DNA of 64,000 nucleotides from Felis catus (taxonomy: Eukaryota). Positions 63,591 to 64,000 of the stretch are shown here, piece after piece. Under the pieces are notes generated by a model. It made no database searches, was not told the origin of the DNA, and saw only the letters and a program-made list of their open reading frames with translations. Each line of letters begins with the position of its first letter. The stretch's first letter is position 1. The position numbers and the translations under genes are program-made. Location of the stretch: assembly GCF_018350175.1 (NCBI RefSeq), contig NC_058369.1, positions 111,352,001-111,416,000 on the forward strand. Reading direction: 5' to 3'.

Positions 63591-64000
63591 CCAATTCCCT
63601 CAAGTAGAGATTCCCAATTCATCACATTATGTTGTTTCTGTCTTCTAAATATCTCATAGGTCCTTCTTCTGTTCAACCCGTAACTGCAGTTCTGAGTCTG
63701 ACCACCCAGCTGTGTCAACCGGATTACTATAGAGTCTCCTGCTTGTCTCTAATTGTCTGATTCATTGGATTCATTTGTAATACATGTATCTGGCCAGTGA
63801 TTAAAATTAGATCACATTTACATCAATTACCCACCTTCTGCTGCCGTGGTAATCCTTAACTCCATAACTCTGGACCAAGAGCCTGATTCCATGCCCCTGC
63901 AGTACTAATATGTTCAGGAATGAATCCATGTTTACTTGAGAACCACCAGCTCCTGCCATGATCTGTGATGCCCACCACCACTGCCCACGTTTTGGTTGCT

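Larger units (their letters stand above)
20786..64000 (+). other. HDAC9: Continuation of long HDAC9 intron 12 (next exon, starting PFLEPTHTR..., not seen in window)
   Basis: I found no exon matching the next HDAC9 peptide; the region is repeat-rich intronic DNA. Confidence 0.75.

Noticed and set aside
1-64000. Prokaryotic-type systems (CRISPR arrays, operons, IS elements) and tRNA/rRNA genes
   Set aside because: Mammalian intronic DNA; the tRNA-like A/B-box text belongs to SINE heads, and the tandem repeats are microsatellites without spacers.

Overview
AT-rich, CpG-depleted mammalian genomic DNA from a felid, as shown by about 17 tRNA-derived CAN-SINEs, including a young SINEC_Fc-type copy and a carnivore-type L1 3' end. 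I recognise the window as the middle of HDAC9 on the + strand. It holds the last 28 nt of exon 11 (YQQQIHMNK|gtaagc), a ~17.9 kb intron, and exon 12 from 17955 (LLSKSIEQLKQPGSHLE...). Exon 12 reads through into the ~2.5 kb 3'UTR of the catalytically inactive MITR/HDRP isoform, whose poly(A) signals lie at ~20745-20759; the rest of the window is the 5' ~46 kb of the long intron 12, and the next HDAC9 exon is not in the window. Exon numbering follows the usual human convention from memory. Ten N-runs (156-318 nt) hide part of the sequence. Several fall on exon 12 and the MITR 3'UTR, so most look like masked constrained sequence rather than random gaps (inference). No ORF in the supplied track is a credible independent gene. 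The best leads are: (i) an unexplained cassette/poison-exon candidate at 7080/7095-7312 whose stop codon would trigger NMD in full-length HDAC9 but not in MITR; (ii) inverted CAN-SINEs bracketing exon 12 and the MITR poly(A) site; (iii) a motif-dense enhancer candidate at 51.4-51.9 kb; (iv) miR-182/miR-183/miR-30 seed matches in the MITR UTR. All are hypotheses from sequence reading; nothing was computed or searched.
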